Origin: Candidatus Hydrogenedentales bacterium | Lineage (GTDB): Bacteria; Hydrogenedentota; Hydrogenedentia; Hydrogenedentales; SLHB01 | DNA length: 26,146 nucleotides | Reading direction: 5' to 3' | Assembly: GCA_041859475.1 (NCBI GenBank) | Contig: JBHEKO010000649.1 | Coordinates: forward strand, 1 to 26,146 | Shown: one piece after another, positions 24,237-26,146 of the stretch | How the letters are laid out: each line of letters begins with the position of its first letter | Numbering within the stretch: position 1 is the first letter of the stretch | Position numbers and translations under genes: made by a program | The notes under the pieces: generated by a model | Told to the model about the DNA's origin: nothing | The model's database searches: none | The model's input: only the letters and a program-made list of their open reading frames with translations

Positions 24237-25025
24237 ATGTTCACGGAACTCCAATTGGCGCAGTATCGCGAAGACGGTTATTTTCTGGCGAAGAGCCTGT
24301 TCGATGCGGAGGAAACGGACCTCCTGCAACGTGCCGCGCGAACTGACCCCGCCATCGCGAAAAAAGCGATGCACCGCGCCGACGGCGAGGGTGGCCAGAG
24401 CAAGATGACCTTGTGGAACGATGTAGGCGACGACCTGATGGGGACCATTGCGCGCAGCGAACGGATTGTCTCCGGCATGGAGCAAATTCTAGGCGGGGAA
24501 GTCTACCATTGGCACTCCAAGATGATGCAGAAGGAACCATTCGTAGGCGGCGCATGGATCTGGCACCAAGACTACGGCTACTGGTACGGCGACAATTGCT
24601 TGTTTCCGCTTCTGGCTAGCTGCTACATCGCGGTCGATCCCGCGACAAAAGATAACGGCTGCTTGCAAGTGCTGAAGGGATCGCATCTCATCGGCCGCAT
24701 AGACCACATCAAGGTAGGCGATCAGACGGGAGCCGACCCGGAGCGCTGCGTGGAAGCGGAGAAAGTCTGCCCGCTCGTGTATTGCGAAATGAGGCCTGGA
24801 GACGCGCTATTCTTCGACGGCAACCTGCTCCACCGCTCGGACCAGAACAAGTCGCCGAATCCGCGCTGGGGATTCATCTGCTGTTACAACGCCCGGCGCA
24901 ACAGCCCATTCAAGCCGGCCCATCACCCCAGCTACACACCCTTGGCGCGCGTCCCCGATTCAGCCGTCAAAGAAGTGGGATTGCGCTTTCTGTCTGCCGA
25001 TGCAGACTACCTCGTGGAATCGTAG
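24237..25025 (+). CDS. Phytanoyl-CoA dioxygenase (PhyH) family Fe(II)/2-oxoglutarate-dependent oxygenase
   Basis: Start at ATG 24237 (MFTELQLAQYREDGYF, typical PhyH N-terminus) with RBS GGTGGAG 8 nt upstream. H-x-D in WIWHQDYGYW, distal His in GNLLHRSDQN. About 262 aa. Confidence 0.85.
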   Translation: MFTELQLAQYREDGYFLAKSLFDAEETDLLQRAARTDPAIAKKAMHRADGEGGQSKMTLWNDVGDDLMGTIARSERIVSGMEQILGGEVYHWHSKMMQKEPFVGGAWIWHQDYGYWYGDNCLFPLLASCYIAVDPATKDNGCLQVLKGSHLIGRIDHIKVGDQTGADPERCVEAEKVCPLVYCEMRPGDALFFDGNLLHRSDQNKSPNPRWGFICCYNARRNSPFKPAHHPSYTPLARVPDSAVKEVGLRFLSADADYLVES

Positions 25026-25120
25026 CCCGGGGCGTGTATCGTCCCTTGACTCTGCCCATCCACGTCGGTCGTTGAGCGACGAACCGCCCGCCGTATCGAA
25101 AAGACACGGCGTCCCAAAAT

Positions 25121-25130
25121 GTGCTATGAT
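25121..25130 (+). promoter_or_regulatory. Extended -10 element GTGCTATGAT upstream of the 31-codon ORF
   Basis: TATGAT at 25125-25130 preceded by TGc; a possible -35-like AGACAC sits about 17 nt upstream. The ATG at 25191 is about 60 nt downstream. Confidence 0.4.
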
Positions 25131-25190
25131 CGCGTCGTGTGAACGGCTAAGTGTGCCTTGGGTTGCATCATAGGAAAGGGGGGTCTCCCC

Positions 25191-25286
25191 ATGCCAGACA
25201 TCTTCTCAATTCTGCAGTTGATTATTCAGGTGATCATTCCGCTCATCAAGCTCATCATGAATTTCCTGCCCTTAGGGGTAGTGTAA
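25191..25286 (+). CDS. Candidate small ORF (31 aa), hydrophobic single-helix peptide MPDIFSILQLIIQVIIPLIKLIMNFLPLGVV
   Basis: Not in the ORF track (too short). Strong SD GGAAAGGGGGG ends 7 nt before the ATG. An extended -10 TGCTATGAT lies about 60 nt upstream. The codons are strikingly AT-rich (att/atc/ctc) for this genome. Translation of atg cca gac ... gta gtg taa was read directly from the sequence. Confidence 0.35.
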   Translation: MPDIFSILQLIIQVIIPLIKLIMNFLPLGVV

Positions 25287-25341
25287 TTCTCGCAATGAAT
25301 TTGGCGGTCGCGGCGCGTTCCCAGCGGGCGCGCCGCGACAT

Positions 25342-26121
25342 CTATTCCTCGGCCGCCGCCACCCCAATGGCCACCGGCTCCGAAGCAAAGAACGTGTCGC
25401 GCTTCAGCACGCGCGTAGCCAGCGGATGCAGCCCCAGCAACGCGACTATCTCCCGCGTCTTTGCGCAACGCCCCGCCACCGATTCCAATTCAACGTCCAC
25501 CACGACCTGATTCTCGTTCGATTGCCCCAACGCAAGCACGCGAATCATCGGGCGAATATCGACTTCAATCCGCTGCCTGCCGCGCCCGCGTTCCTTGGGC
25601 TTCGACGTGCGCTCGACCAACACCTGCGGCGCGCCTAGGATTTCGTCAATTCGCTGCTGCACCGTGCTCACGTCCGCGTCGGCATAGAACGTGTAAGAAT
25701 ATCCCGAAGTCAGCGACATCAGTGCAGGGCCGCGAAGCGGGATTTCCGCGACCTCGAAGGCGCGTAGTCCATCCGGCAGCGCCCCTTGAATGCGCGCCAA
25801 CAACTCCCCTGGCTCGACGCGCGCCCGCAACGTGATTTCCATGTAGTCGCCCACGGATTCTTCCCCCACTGGCGGCGCGGTCGCGAATCCGAGTTTGGGG
25901 TGCGCGTGGAACCCCTGCGAGTACGCAATGGGCGCGCGCGCACGTCGTAGCACGCGTATCCATGCGTTCACCAACTCCAAGTGCGAAAGGAAACGCGTCT
26001 CTCCCAATCTACCGATGCGAAGCCGCAAACGTTGCGCAGGCTCGGGTTCCTTGAACTCCGGCAACGGCGTGCGCACCCAGGACTGCTCATCTATTCTCCC
26101 CTGCTTCTGCCGCTTGAGCAT
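25342..26121 (-). CDS. DUF2344 (TIGR03936) radical-SAM-associated protein; the frame stays open to the window edge, so the gene may be longer or fused
   Basis: RLGETRFLSHLELVNAWIRVLRRARAPIAYSQGFHAHPKLGFATAPPVGEESVGDYMEI matches the DUF2344 core (SHLD...RRA..P.AYSQGF.PHPK..FA.ALP.G..S). In-frame codons upstream of ATG 26121 contain no stop up to position 26146. Confidence 0.7.
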   Translation of the reverse strand: MLKRQKQGRIDEQSWVRTPLPEFKEPEPAQRLRLRIGRLGETRFLSHLELVNAWIRVLRRARAPIAYSQGFHAHPKLGFATAPPVGEESVGDYMEITLRARVEPGELLARIQGALPDGLRAFEVAEIPLRGPALMSLTSGYSYTFYADADVSTVQQRIDEILGAPQVLVERTSKPKERGRGRQRIEVDIRPMIRVLALGQSNENQVVVDVELESVAGRCAKTREIVALLGLHPLATRVLKRDTFFASEPVAIGVAAAEE

Positions 26122-26146
26122 GTGCTTGCACAGATCGCGCTGGCGA

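Noticed and set aside
1-26146. Searched by eye for a CRISPR array, tRNA/rRNA, IS or transposase, integrase and phage-like genes
   Set aside because: No regularly spaced direct repeats, no cloverleaf-like conserved tRNA stretches in the short intergenic gaps, and no DDE/HTH transposase-like or integrase-like ORFs. The window looks like core chromosome rather than an accessory island.

Overview
Gene-dense, GC-rich (roughly 60%) bacterial chromosomal segment with about 26 protein-coding genes on both strands and intergenic gaps under 260 bp. I found no rRNA, tRNA, CRISPR array, IS element or integrase. By motif inspection (no searches run) the content mixes:
- Housekeeping genes: mdh, a FabH-type KAS III, tag, ogt.
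- Envelope and glycan-related genes: two Tat-signal Gfo/Idh/MocA oxidoreductases, a BNR/Asp-box sialidase-like hydrolase, a large polytopic possible GT-C-type membrane protein, a GT2-TPR glycosyltransferase, an LmbE/PIG-L deacetylase, a ThuA-like protein, and an orphan pseB. pseB sits in an operon with a VAO/PCMH-type FAD oxidase and a CbiX-like chelatase.
- A classic NfeD-flotillin (SPFH) operon.
- A BON-domain OsmY-like protein, a PhyH dioxygenase, a DUF2344 (radical-SAM-associated) gene at the right edge, and several membrane-anchored hypotheticals.
Gene repertoire and style suggest a PVC-superphylum-like organism; this is inference only. I do not see a clear-cut defence island or mobile element. 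The most unusual items are the cbiX/FAD-oxidase/pseB operon, a hidden 31-codon hydrophobic ORF with a strong RBS, an orphan fabH behind two membrane hypotheticals, and a pair of related palindromic repeats flanking tag. Several ORF-track entries carry spurious N-terminal extensions or are antisense shadows; I re-set starts where an RBS and family architecture support it.
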